Source of the DNA: Planctomycetota bacterium
GTDB lineage: Bacteria > Planctomycetota > UBA1135 > UBA2386
Direction of reading: 5' to 3'
Length of the DNA stretch: 64,000 nucleotides
Assembly (NCBI GenBank): GCA_046290465.1
Contig: JBKAGP010000001.1
Location: 4,704,001-4,768,000 of the forward strand
A program made the translations under genes and the position numbers. This document shows, piece by piece, positions 21,301 to 30,049 of the stretch; the first letter of the stretch is position 1; the number at the start of each line of letters is the position of its first letter. The notes beneath the pieces are model-generated. The model did not search any database. It saw only the letters and a program-made list of their open reading frames with translations, and had not been told where the DNA came from.

Positions 21301-21462
21301 GTCACGATCGCGACGCTGACGACGCTGCTGGTGGTGCCGGGCACCTACGGCCTGATTGCGCGGTTCAGCGGTTCGCCACAGGCGCGCGCGCGCGAGCTCG
21401 AGTCGCAGCTGGCGGACGGCGTCGAGAGCAAGCAGCCGGCCACCGCCAGCGCCGTCGGCTAG
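18328..21462 (+). CDS. RND efflux permease (AcrB/AcrD/AcrF family)
   Basis: 1044 aa; RRPVLA, AIGLVVDDAIVVLENI, AKNGILIVEFA, RLRPILMT. Confidence 0.96.
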   Translation: MILSDLSVRRPVLASVLSLVLVTLGIVGLMRLSMRELPDIDSPRVSISTNYPGAAAAVVETRVTQVIENEISGIDGIRTISSNTSDGRSSIDVEFVLGRDLDSAANDVRDRVGRVLDRLPEEVDPPEVAKVQSGSDTVFWMSLASPIRDALELTDYVDRYLADQFANVEGVAQVRYGGGSRYSMRIWLDREALAATGVTAGDVEAALRRENVELPAGRVESTSREFTVRVARRYQTAEQFGRLTVGRGDQGHLLRLEDVARIELGPSDDRNVFRRNGEDMVGIGIIAQAKANVVSVVDGVRKRMAEINETLPQDIQLYPSSDSSVYIRAAIDEVYRTLFITALVVIGVIFLFLGSGLATLIPALTVPVSLVGTFFVLDQLGFSINLLTLLGLVLAIGLVVDDAIVVLENIARRIRNGEPPLRAAFVGTRQVGFAVVATTVVLVAVLVPVTFVEGNTGRLFTEFALALAGAVVLSTVVALTLTPVMCSLLLKGGKPTPLIRVVDWMFVPVQRGYRWLLEGLVSQPLAAIAIAGGLALSIGGLYQGLPQEYAPQEDRGSFRISMKGPEGASFEHAVRAGGEGEKVMMALIESGEAQRVLLRVPGSWSSSGSVNSAFGTVLLQLWGERERTTREIMADVDRQLSAIPGYRAFCIAESGLLRRSGQPVQFVLTGSTYEELAGWRDVVVAEARRNPGLVAVNSDYEETKPQLEVIVDDDRAADLGVSSVEVGRTLETMMGSRRVTTFVERGEEYDVVLEAEDSDKRSPTDLEQIYVRSQTTGELVRLANVVSVRELADSATRNRYDRLRSITINANLAEGYTLGEALTFLRGVVRDKLGGQPGIAYGGQSREFVESSDALLLTFLVSLLLVYLVLAAQFESFVQPLVILLTVPLAVFGGLLGLELGGGTINIYSQIGMVILIGLAAKNGILIVEFANQLRDEGKHWRDAVIDASVLRLRPILMTGLSTSLGALPLVLASGAGAEGRAAIGLVVLFGVTIATLTTLLVVPGTYGLIARFSGSPQARARELESQLADGVESKQPATASAVG

Positions 21463-21490
21463 GAAGCGCGTCCACTACATGGACGCGCTC

Positions 21491-22621
21491 CTAGCGGATG
21501 CGCAGCACGTCGACGTTGGTCGTCGACAGGCCGCCATCGATGGCCAGCGCCTGGGTCAGGTAGACCTGTCCCTGTAGCGCCGGCTGCGCCGGGATCGCGA
21601 CGCTGGCCGTCGTGACCGCGCCGCTCGTCGGAAAGCAGCCGATCAGTGCAGAGAATGCCGGCGCCACGAACAGGTCGCCGATGCCCGGCGCCGCCGCCGA
21701 CTGGGTCGGCAGCGTCAGGAACGGGCACACGAAGCTCGGGTTGGTCGCGAATCGCATCGAGAACACCGCGCTGCTGCCGATCGTCGGGGACGATACGCGC
21801 AGTCCGGCTTGGTCGACGGCGACCACCGAGGTCGCCGTCGTCGGGAAGACCGTGGGTGCGCCGGTCACGAACGACACGCCCGGGTCGAACTGAACGTTCG
21901 AACTGCTGTCGACGAAGAAGTCGAACAGCCCGAACGAGCTCTGTGTGAATTGCAGCCCCAGCACGCTGCGCAGGCGCGCGGTGCTGTTGGTCAGTTCCAC
22001 GCCGAACGCGAACGCGCCGAAGCCGAAGTTCATGCGGATTTCGCCGTCGGTCATGTCGAGCTGCGCGTCGAGGAGGTTGATGATCGATCCGGACGAGCTC
22101 GATGCGGGGCCGGCAACCGTTCCGTCGAGCCACAGCCGGCCGGCCGTCACCGTGGTCGGGCCGATGTAGGAGTCGCGGATCACGAGGTCCTGGATCGTCG
22201 CGACGCTGATGCGCGGCTCGAGCGAGCCCTGCTCCGGGAACACCTCGTCCAGCAGCACCGCGCTGAGGCAGTTCACGATGCGGATCGACGGCTCGCAGAT
22301 GCACGGGGTCTGCGGGCTGCGCAGATCGACGTCGTGGATCGAGCACGACATGCCGGCCGGGATGCCGTCCACCTCGATCGTCTCGGTCTGGAACGTCGAC
22401 GTGATGACGACGCCTGCCTCGCCGAAGATGTGTACTGCCCGATCCACGACGAACGGGCTGTAGGCGCCAGGACGAATCTCGATGCGGTCGCCCGCGTTGG
22501 CTGCCGTGATCGCGGCCTGGACCTGCTGGTAGGGCGTGCCGCCGGCGATGTCGACGACCAGCGTCTGCTGCGCGGACAGGCTCGATACGAGGCATCCGGC
22601 GAGGGTGAAACGGGAGAGCAT
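21491..22621 (-). CDS. Secreted hypothetical protein (beta-helix-like N-terminus) with planctomycete-type C-terminal module
   Basis: Signal peptide ending LSA-Q; VQAAI.AA..GD.I.IRPG.Y cap typical of beta-helix proteins; IP..PALQG...LTQA...D...STTN. Confidence 0.8.
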   Translation of the reverse strand: MLSRFTLAGCLVSSLSAQQTLVVDIAGGTPYQQVQAAITAANAGDRIEIRPGAYSPFVVDRAVHIFGEAGVVITSTFQTETIEVDGIPAGMSCSIHDVDLRSPQTPCICEPSIRIVNCLSAVLLDEVFPEQGSLEPRISVATIQDLVIRDSYIGPTTVTAGRLWLDGTVAGPASSSSGSIINLLDAQLDMTDGEIRMNFGFGAFAFGVELTNSTARLRSVLGLQFTQSSFGLFDFFVDSSSNVQFDPGVSFVTGAPTVFPTTATSVVAVDQAGLRVSSPTIGSSAVFSMRFATNPSFVCPFLTLPTQSAAAPGIGDLFVAPAFSALIGCFPTSGAVTTASVAIPAQPALQGQVYLTQALAIDGGLSTTNVDVLRIR

Positions 22622-22741
22622 GTGCAGATGGTAGCGCCGGTGGGCATGCAGGGAGACATTCGTCACGGAGGTGCTGCCAACCTGGATTAGCGGGAAGTTC
22701 CGTGACGCCGGGCCGTCCAGGACGCCCCAGGAAGAAGCCGC

Positions 22742-23698
22742 ATGAAGATCCACAGCCTGCTCTGTTCCTTGCTCCTGTCGGTAGCGGTCCTTGCCCAGGA
22801 GGACGCCGCCGCGACCAAGGCCGCTCCAGCGAGCGACCTGCAGAAGGTGCTGCGCGCCGCTGCGCTCGGCGACGGGGCCGTGTTCGACGTCACCTGGTCG
22901 TGGCCGATCACCTTCGTGGGCTCGGCGACGACGTCGCGGTCGGGAGGCTCCGGCAAGGAGCAACTGGGCGGTCGCTTCGATCGGGACGCGATTGCCGTCG
23001 ACTACGACGCGGGCCGTCTGGGCAAGATCTCGATCGTGCAGGTCGGTCGGCACACGATGTTGCGCGACGGCGACGGCCCGTGGCGGCTCGACAACCTGTC
23101 CGGGGCGCGCGCGCTCGGCCTCTCGTTCCTGCCGGATCCGCAGCGCATGCTGCTGTCGCTGGCTGCAGCCGCCCCGAGGCCGACGATCCGCGAGATCGTC
23201 GAGGTCGATGATCGGGCGGTCGAGCGCGTCGGCATGACGCTCGACAAGGAGCAGTTGACCACGTTGGTGCGCGCCGGCGCGATCCACGACCCAAGCCCCG
23301 GCGGGGCGGTGCAGCAGGCCCTCCGCATGGCTGGGCGGGGTCGTCCGCGCGGCAACGCGGAGGTCGTTCCGGTCGACGTGGTCGTCGACATCGACGTCGA
23401 GACTCGCAACGTCACGCGGGTCGCCTTCCGTGCGATCACCAAGGAACGGGACTTCCGGGCCGCGATGCGCCGCATGCGCCAGCGCGGCGGTGGCGTGGTG
23501 CAGGAGCAGGGGCGCGCCGACGAGCCCGAGCAGCCGCAGGAAGAACGGAAGCAGGGCCCGATGAAGTACGAGGGCGGCATGCCGGTCCGTGCGAAGGACG
23601 GCAAGACGGTCTACTCGATCGAGCTGAAGTTCAGCCAACACGGCAAGCAGTCGGCGGTCCGCCTCGGCGACGCGCAGCAGCGACTGCTGGGCCGCTAG
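22742..23698 (+). CDS. Secreted hypothetical protein
   Basis: Signal peptide ending VLA-Q, coding-like codon bias. Confidence 0.75.
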   Translation: MKIHSLLCSLLLSVAVLAQEDAAATKAAPASDLQKVLRAAALGDGAVFDVTWSWPITFVGSATTSRSGGSGKEQLGGRFDRDAIAVDYDAGRLGKISIVQVGRHTMLRDGDGPWRLDNLSGARALGLSFLPDPQRMLLSLAAAAPRPTIREIVEVDDRAVERVGMTLDKEQLTTLVRAGAIHDPSPGGAVQQALRMAGRGRPRGNAEVVPVDVVVDIDVETRNVTRVAFRAITKERDFRAAMRRMRQRGGGVVQEQGRADEPEQPQEERKQGPMKYEGGMPVRAKDGKTVYSIELKFSQHGKQSAVRLGDAQQRLLGR

Positions 23699-23726
23699 CC
23701 GACTCGCTGCTACGTTGCGTCGTGCC

Positions 23727-25055
23727 ATGCACGACCCCTCCGACTCCGGCGCTCCGCGCCGCGGCATGTCGCTGCCGACGAGGATCTTGATCGGGCTCGT
23801 CGTCGGCGCGGCGGCCGGCGTCACGCTCAACCTGCTGTACGCACCCGAGCTGGGCGCGGCCAAGTCGGACGCCTACGTCGAGGTCGAATGGTGGGCGGAC
23901 CAGGTCGTCAAGCCGTTCGGCGACCTGTTCCTGCGGCTGCTGTTCATGGTGGTCGTGCCGATCGTGTTCTGTTCGCTGTTCCTCGGTGTCTCCGGCCTCG
24001 GCAGCGTGCAGAAGATCGGCTCGCTCGGTTCGCGCACGTTGATGTGGTTCCTCGGCACGACCACGGTGGCGGGCGTGCTGGGCATCACGCTGGTGCGCCT
24101 GATCGCGCCCGGCGAGAACGTCGCCGACGAGACCGTCGCCGCGATCAAGGAGCAGTACGGCGCGGTCGCCCAGGCCAAGATCGACCAGTCGGTGCAGGCC
24201 AAGGGCTGGCTGCAGATGGTCGTCGACTTCGTGCCGACCAACATCGTCGGCGCCGCTGGCGACAACAAGAGCATCCTCGGCCTGATCATCTTCGCGCTGA
24301 TCCTCGGCGCGGCGGCGACGCGGGTGCCCGCCGATCGCACGCGCATCCTGCGCGAACTGCTCGAGGGCCTCTACGAGCTGTGCCTGAAGGTGCTGTCGTG
24401 GGTGATGGAGTTCGCGCCGATCGGCGTCGCGTGCCTGATCTTCCATGCGACCGCCATGCTCGGCGTCGACGTGATGCGGCTGGTGGGCTGGTACTTCGTC
24501 ACCGCGATGGGCGGGCTGGTCTTCTACCAGCTGGTCGTCGTGACGCTGCTGGCGCGCGTGTTCGCGGGGCTGTCGCCGCGGCGCTTCTACCAGGGCATCC
24601 GCACGCTGCTGGTCACCGCGTTCTCGACGTCGTCGTCCAACGCGACGATGCCGACGACGATCCGGACCGCGACCGACGAGTTCGGTGCGCCCAAGGAGAT
24701 CGCCGGCTTCGTGATGCCGCTGGGTGCGACCATGAACATGAACGGCACCGCGCTGTTCGAAGGTGTCTCGGTGCTGTTCCTGGCGCAGGTCTACGGCGCC
24801 GATCTCGGCCTCGGCCAGCAGGCGCTGATCGTCGGCTTCGCGGTGCTGATCGCGATCGGCGCCGCCGGCGTGCCCGGCGGTTCGATCCCGCTGCTCGCGA
24901 TCGTGCTGACCCAGGTCGGGGTGCCGCCGGAGTTCCTCGCGCTGATCCTCGGCGTCGACCGTCTCGTCGACATGACCCGTACGCTGCCCAATGTCAGCAG
25001 CGACCTCGTGTGCAGCCTGTGGTTGTCGCGGCGAGAAGGGCACGCGATCCGGTGA
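23727..25055 (+). CDS. Dicarboxylate/amino acid:cation symporter (DAACS, GltP-like)
   Basis: AFSTSSSNATMP, PLGATMNMNG, AAGVPGGS, GVDRLVDMTRT. Confidence 0.95.
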   Translation: MHDPSDSGAPRRGMSLPTRILIGLVVGAAAGVTLNLLYAPELGAAKSDAYVEVEWWADQVVKPFGDLFLRLLFMVVVPIVFCSLFLGVSGLGSVQKIGSLGSRTLMWFLGTTTVAGVLGITLVRLIAPGENVADETVAAIKEQYGAVAQAKIDQSVQAKGWLQMVVDFVPTNIVGAAGDNKSILGLIIFALILGAAATRVPADRTRILRELLEGLYELCLKVLSWVMEFAPIGVACLIFHATAMLGVDVMRLVGWYFVTAMGGLVFYQLVVVTLLARVFAGLSPRRFYQGIRTLLVTAFSTSSSNATMPTTIRTATDEFGAPKEIAGFVMPLGATMNMNGTALFEGVSVLFLAQVYGADLGLGQQALIVGFAVLIAIGAAGVPGGSIPLLAIVLTQVGVPPEFLALILGVDRLVDMTRTLPNVSSDLVCSLWLSRREGHAIR

Positions 25056-25076
25056 GCGGCGTCTGCGGGCGGGCTA

Positions 25077-25436
25077 TCACGTGCACGGCTCCTCCGCCAT
25101 GTCCACGACGTACCCCATCCCGCGCACGCGCTCCATCACCACCGGGGCGAACAGCAGGCCGGTGCAGCGATACGGTACCAGCAGCGCGCGCAGCTGGCGA
25201 ACGGTGGTCGGCCGGTAGCCAGGGTGCGGCGTCGGAGCGCGGTGCGGTGGCGTGTAGAGATGCCACTGCGGCCAGTTGGGCGCACCTTGGCAGCCGAGCA
25301 GCACCGGCGCGGCGGTCCAGGTGGCCCGCATCGGCGTCGATCCGAAGTCGACGCACTGCTGCGCGCGGGGCGCGCAGACGGTGAGGCCGAGGGCGAGCGG
25401 CAGCAGCGCCAGCAGGCGCGATCGGTGGACGTTCAT
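25077..25436 (-). CDS. Small secreted Cys-containing hypothetical protein (119 aa)
   Basis: Signal peptide MNVHRSRLLALLPLALGL...RA-Q; four Cys in the mature part; resembles 7008-7454. Confidence 0.7.
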   Translation of the reverse strand: MNVHRSRLLALLPLALGLTVCAPRAQQCVDFGSTPMRATWTAAPVLLGCQGAPNWPQWHLYTPPHRAPTPHPGYRPTTVRQLRALLVPYRCTGLLFAPVVMERVRGMGYVVDMAEEPCT

Positions 25437-25483
25437 GCAGGCAGTGGCACGGCGCGCTGCATTCCGGTCCGCGGGTCGCCGGA

Positions 25484-25726
25484 CTATCCGGGCAGCTGCG
25501 CGTGGGCGCCGTCGCAGAACGGGCCGTTCTTGCTGTGCTTGCAGCCGCACCAGGCGACCTTCTTCGCCTCGGTGAGCTCCTCGACGATCGGCACCATGCC
25601 GGTGCCCTTGTGCTGGCCGTCGCAGAACGGCTGGTTGCTGCTCTTGCCGCACGAGCACCAGGCGTACTTGCCCGGCTGGCAGTCCATCACGAACGGAGCA
25701 CGCTGCGGGACGTCGGGTTCGGTCAT
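25484..25726 (-). CDS. CDGSH iron-sulfur domain protein with two motifs (CISD3/MiNT-like)
   Basis: WCSCGKSSNQPFCDGQH and WCGCKHSKNGPFCDGAH; AGGAGG RBS. Confidence 0.95.
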   Translation of the reverse strand: MTEPDVPQRAPFVMDCQPGKYAWCSCGKSSNQPFCDGQHKGTGMVPIVEELTEAKKVAWCGCKHSKNGPFCDGAHAQLPG

Positions 25727-25735
25727 GGTCGCCTC

Positions 25736-25996
25736 CTAGTCCTGTTGCCCGTCCTTCATGTCGGCGATCAGCTGGCGCTTCTCGTCGTCGCTCTTCTTCT
25801 CCCACTTGCGCGCACAGCTGGCGCAGCAGAAGTAGACGGTCTCGCCGTCGAACTCGGCCGAGCGGCTGTCGCCGTAGACCGGCTCGCCCGGCATCATCAC
25901 GCAGGTCTGGTCGGCGAGTCGTTCGCCGGTTGCCGCGCAGCCGCACAGCAGGAACGCGCCGAGCACGGGCGCGACGAGACGCTTGAGGTGGATCAT
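25736..25996 (-). CDS. YHS/TRASH-like metal-binding lipoprotein
   Basis: Lipobox LCG-C; CVMMPGE...FDGETVYFCCASC. Confidence 0.8.
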   Translation of the reverse strand: MIHLKRLVAPVLGAFLLCGCAATGERLADQTCVMMPGEPVYGDSRSAEFDGETVYFCCASCARKWEKKSDDEKRQLIADMKDGQQD

Positions 25997-26174
25997 GTGC
26001 GGATTGTCGAATCGGCCTGTTGGATCCGCCAGCCAGAATGCCACCCCCGACGGATTCGCTGGCCCGGCGCAATGCCGGCAAGGGCCGCGGCCCCCGGCCG
26101 CTCGGCGCTGCCCGCAGGCAAGGGGAGCAAACTGTCGGTGGCGCCGAACCACCGGCGGTGCTCCACTACCGCGC

Positions 26175-26504
26175 ATGGAACTTTCGCCCTCCGAGCGCCT
26201 GAACCTGATGAAGTTCGTGTGCTCGTTCGCGTGGACCGACCTCGTCGTGTCGCAGTCCGAACGGGACCTCGTCATGCGCATGTGCGGCAGCCTCAAGCTG
26301 ACCGAGGACGAGACCGCCAAGGTCAAGCAGTGGCTCGATCTGCCGCCGCCGATCGAGGAGGTCGATCCGACCGCCGTGCCGCGTGAGCACCGTCAGATGT
26401 TCCTGACGACGCTCGAGATGGTGGTCAAGGCCGACGGCAAGATCGTGCCGGCCGAGTCGGAGTCGCTGCAGTTGTTCAAGGACCTGATGTCCGGCGGCGA
26501 GTAG
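26175..26504 (+). CDS. TerB-like (tellurite resistance family) protein
   Basis: FAWTDLVVSQSER and VKADGKIVPAESE tandem TerB-like motifs. Confidence 0.8.
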   Translation: MELSPSERLNLMKFVCSFAWTDLVVSQSERDLVMRMCGSLKLTEDETAKVKQWLDLPPPIEEVDPTAVPREHRQMFLTTLEMVVKADGKIVPAESESLQLFKDLMSGGE

Positions 26505-26522
26505 CCGCGACGGACCGCCGCT

Positions 26523-28226
26523 TCAGAAGTCGCGGCGGTAGCGGTCCCACATCCGTTCGCAGAACGGGCTGTAGCCGCGCATCCAGTGGCCCTGCTGCTC
26601 GACCTGCATGTAGCGGTCGACGTAGTCGAACAGCGGCGCATGGTCCCACGCCTCGCGCATGCCGAGGATGCGCGCCGCCAGCACGAAGCCGTGCCAGACG
26701 TTGGCGGTGCAGCAGCGTCGGTAGGGATCGGCGGTCCACGCCTTGCGGTCGAGGCTCGGGTCGTCGGCGTGGCGGTTGCCCCATTCGGGCAGGCCCAGGT
26801 CGTCGCTGCCGTAGCCGCCGTGGCCGCCGTTGACCACGCCGGGCGAGGTCCGCTCGACGTAGAACGTCTGCGCATCCTCGCCGAACGCGAACTTGCGTTC
26901 GGCCGCGAGCTTCAGCATGTGCTCGTCGTCGAGCACGGTGCCGGCGAGCATCAGCGGAAACTTGCGGCCGCTGCCGCTGCCGCCGTCGGCGACGAAGCGG
27001 CCGCCGTTGTCGACGATGCCGTAGACGTCGATGCCGACCTGCACCATCGCGATCAGCAGTGCGCGCTTGTCGTCGGACGGCAGTTCGAGGTGCAGCGCCA
27101 GCGCGCCGGTGCTGACCAGGTCGGCGATGTCGCGACCGTAGTCGGGCATGTTCTCGCGCGGGTGCAGGTAGCGGCCGGTGAAGCCCGGCAGGTGGTCGAG
27201 CCAGGTCTGCTCGAAGCGTGCCACCAGTTCGCCGATCGACGGCGCGCCGGGGACCGGTTCGAGTCGCGCGAAGCGGGTCAGGTCGAGGGCGTCCGCGGAC
27301 CAGCGCGCGCGCTTGTCGGTGCCGCAGTACGGCGGCCGGAACGCGTCGGCCGACGGCGGCTCGTCGACCACCGTCAGCACGGCGCAGCGGTCCAGCTGCG
27401 GCAGCTGTCCGGCGGTGGGATGGCTGACCGTCGACACCAGCGACGATCCGGGCCGCAGCGACAGCGGCTGCTGGCGCGAGACGCCGAGCGCGGCGTTGGC
27501 GGCGTCGCTGTAGCGGCCACCGGCGCCGTCGCCGAACATCGCGTTGTCGTAGCCCTGCGTCAGCGCGGCGGGCGACGGGTTGACCATCGAGCCGTGGCGC
27601 ACCCGGCTGCCGTCGCGCAGGCTCTCCGGCTTGATCGCGACCACGTCCACGGGCCCGACGACCCACCAGTCGCCGTTGACGTAGCGGCCGCAGCGCGCCG
27701 GCCTGGCGAACGTCCACGAGATGCCGTTGCGGTCGAGGCCGCCGAAGTGTCCGGGGCGCGCTTCGATGCCGGGCTGCGGCCGGACGGCGGCCGTGCGGTC
27801 GACGGTCTCACCGACCACGACGCCGTCGCTGCTGGCGACCGCGCTGCGGTTGCCGGCGACGTCGCGGGCGCGCACGTTGACATGCAGCATGACGCCGATC
27901 GGCAGCTGGATGTCGCCGATCGCGGCGCGCTGGGCGCCGGCGGCCTCGCGCCAGTCGAGCACGTCGGTCGCGCCCGGCTGCGTGCCGACGCTCCACTCGT
28001 AGACGACCGGTTGGCCTTCCGGGTCGACGAACGCGTCCCAGTTGGCGAACAGCGACGTGCGTCGCTGCTGCGTGTCCACGTCGGGACCGAGGCCGTCGCG
28101 AACCTGGGCAGTCTGGGGCGGGCTGTTCTGGTTCGCGACAGGAGCCGGCGGCGCGCTGCACGCGGCGGCCAGCAGCAGCGCGCAGCAGGCGGTGGCAGCG
28201 GTGCTCGTTTCCCGGGTGGAGCTCAT
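26523..28226 (-). CDS. Lipoprotein with FN3-like domain and an uncharacterised C-terminal domain
   Basis: Lipobox LAAA-C; WDAFVDPE...YEWSVGT...VRARDVAGNRS FN3-like segment; GISWTF...NGDWWVVGP. Confidence 0.8.
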   Translation of the reverse strand: MSSTRETSTAATACCALLLAAACSAPPAPVANQNSPPQTAQVRDGLGPDVDTQQRRTSLFANWDAFVDPEGQPVVYEWSVGTQPGATDVLDWREAAGAQRAAIGDIQLPIGVMLHVNVRARDVAGNRSAVASSDGVVVGETVDRTAAVRPQPGIEARPGHFGGLDRNGISWTFARPARCGRYVNGDWWVVGPVDVVAIKPESLRDGSRVRHGSMVNPSPAALTQGYDNAMFGDGAGGRYSDAANAALGVSRQQPLSLRPGSSLVSTVSHPTAGQLPQLDRCAVLTVVDEPPSADAFRPPYCGTDKRARWSADALDLTRFARLEPVPGAPSIGELVARFEQTWLDHLPGFTGRYLHPRENMPDYGRDIADLVSTGALALHLELPSDDKRALLIAMVQVGIDVYGIVDNGGRFVADGGSGSGRKFPLMLAGTVLDDEHMLKLAAERKFAFGEDAQTFYVERTSPGVVNGGHGGYGSDDLGLPEWGNRHADDPSLDRKAWTADPYRRCCTANVWHGFVLAARILGMREAWDHAPLFDYVDRYMQVEQQGHWMRGYSPFCERMWDRYRRDF

Positions 28227-28360
28227 CGCCAGGAACGCTACCGAGCGGCCGCGGCGGTTTCTCGTGCGCGCCGGAGCCGGGGGTCAGTTCGGGCTGCCCG
28301 AATGTCGAAAGAACCACGGATCCGCACCCTTCATGCCGTGCCAACGGGGCGTGGTGTAGG

Positions 28361-30037
28361 ATGCCGCCGGCCGACGAGACGCCGACCGACATGACGAAGA
28401 ACCTCTCCGAAGAGATGCAGCGCAACGCTCGCCAGGCGCTGGCCGGACTCCAGCCCGTCGAACAGGGCGAGGAGGTCGGCGGCCTGCCGGTGAGCAAGCT
28501 GCTCAGCGCCTTCTTCCGCGCACGCTACCTGGTGATCGGGACCACGCTGTTCGGCGTGCTGATCGGCACGTTCATGGCGATCACGACGCCCAACAGCTAC
28601 ATCAGCACGGGCAAATTCCTGTTCACCTCTTCGGGCGCCGAGAGCCGCGTGCTCGACCCGACGCAGGCGAAGGAGACCAGCCAGGAGACGATCGCGACCG
28701 GCGCGGCCTACATCCTCAACTCCGACGACCTGCTGATGCGCGTCGTCGAGCGGCTGACTCCGGAACGCATCCTGCAGCCCTACCAGCCGAGCGGCACCGG
28801 CGAGAACGCGGCCAAGGACCTGTTCTTCAAGATCCAGCGCGACTGGAACGCCGTCGACGAGGCCAACATGTCGACGGAGGAGGCGTTGAAGCGGCTCCAG
28901 AAGACGATCTTCGTCGAGCGCCCGCGCTTCACCGACGTGCTGATCGCGACCTGCGCGGCCAACAACAACGAACTCGCTCGCGACATCCTTGCCGCCTACA
29001 TGGACGAGGCGGTCAAGTGGCACATCGAGAAGTACGACGACCAGAAGGCGTACGAGGCCGCGAAGGAGGCGTACGAGCAGTCGGTGACGGACCTGCAGGG
29101 CGTGCAGCGCTCGATGCGCGACTTCCTCGACCGCAAGGCGCAGGTGCCGTCGTTCGACGAGCACATGCGGGCGGTCGTGCTGGCCGAGACCGAGGCGAAG
29201 ACGCGCCTGGACAGCCGCAACGACGACCTCGTGATCAAGCGTGAGCAGAAGAAGCGCACCGACGCGCAGCTCGCCGATCCGGAGCAGCTGCCGCCGACCA
29301 AGACGCGCAAGGTTCGTCAGAGTCTGCAGAGCGAGACCGGTGCCGAACTGCGGGGCAAGCTCGCCGACGCGATGGTCGAGCTGAGCCGGCTGAAGCGCCA
29401 GTTCGTCAATCCGGAGGCGCTGGAGATCAAGGCGCAGGAGAGCAAGATCGAGGACATCCGCGGCGCCATCAAGGCGCTGTCCGGCACCGGCGACGAGTCG
29501 ACGCTGGTCGAGGAGGTCTACGACAACCCGCAGTACCTCGCGGCCGTCGAGGACGCGGACCAGCTGCGACGCGACATCTGGGAGCTCGAGGCGCAGGTCA
29601 AGCAGGCCAAGTCGCTGCACGACGACAAGGCCAAGGAGCTGAAGCGTCTGGTCGACCTCGAGCCCGAGTACGAGACGCTGCGCGCAGCGCTGCTGCGGGC
29701 CGAGGACGCCAAGAAGACCTCGGCGCTCAACTGGGAGCTCGCGCAGCAGAAGCGCACGCTCGGCATCGGCAACTTCAGCTCGCTGAAGCCGATCCAGGCG
29801 GCGTCGCTGCCACTCGAGAAGGAAGGCCCCAACCGCGGCAAGCTGCTGATGGGCGGCCTGTTCGTCGGCCTGTTCCTCGGCCTCGGCCTGGTGGTGCTGC
29901 GTGCGCTGCCCGACCGCGTCGTGCGCACGCGCGACGACCTGGAAGAGATCGAGGGGCTGTCGGTGATCGGCGTGATGCCGCGCCTCGACCGGACGAACCT
30001 GCGTCGCCACATGGCGAGGCGCGAACAGGGCTGGTAG
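28361..30037 (+). CDS. Polysaccharide chain-length determinant (Wzz/GumC/Wzc N-terminal-like)
   Basis: Two TM helices flanking a long coiled coil; A.LP...GPNR..L; D...RT.DDLE....L.VIG..P. Confidence 0.85.
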   Translation: MPPADETPTDMTKNLSEEMQRNARQALAGLQPVEQGEEVGGLPVSKLLSAFFRARYLVIGTTLFGVLIGTFMAITTPNSYISTGKFLFTSSGAESRVLDPTQAKETSQETIATGAAYILNSDDLLMRVVERLTPERILQPYQPSGTGENAAKDLFFKIQRDWNAVDEANMSTEEALKRLQKTIFVERPRFTDVLIATCAANNNELARDILAAYMDEAVKWHIEKYDDQKAYEAAKEAYEQSVTDLQGVQRSMRDFLDRKAQVPSFDEHMRAVVLAETEAKTRLDSRNDDLVIKREQKKRTDAQLADPEQLPPTKTRKVRQSLQSETGAELRGKLADAMVELSRLKRQFVNPEALEIKAQESKIEDIRGAIKALSGTGDESTLVEEVYDNPQYLAAVEDADQLRRDIWELEAQVKQAKSLHDDKAKELKRLVDLEPEYETLRAALLRAEDAKKTSALNWELAQQKRTLGIGNFSSLKPIQAASLPLEKEGPNRGKLLMGGLFVGLFLGLGLVVLRALPDRVVRTRDDLEEIEGLSVIGVMPRLDRTNLRRHMARREQGW

Positions 30038-30049
30038 CGGGAGGATTCG

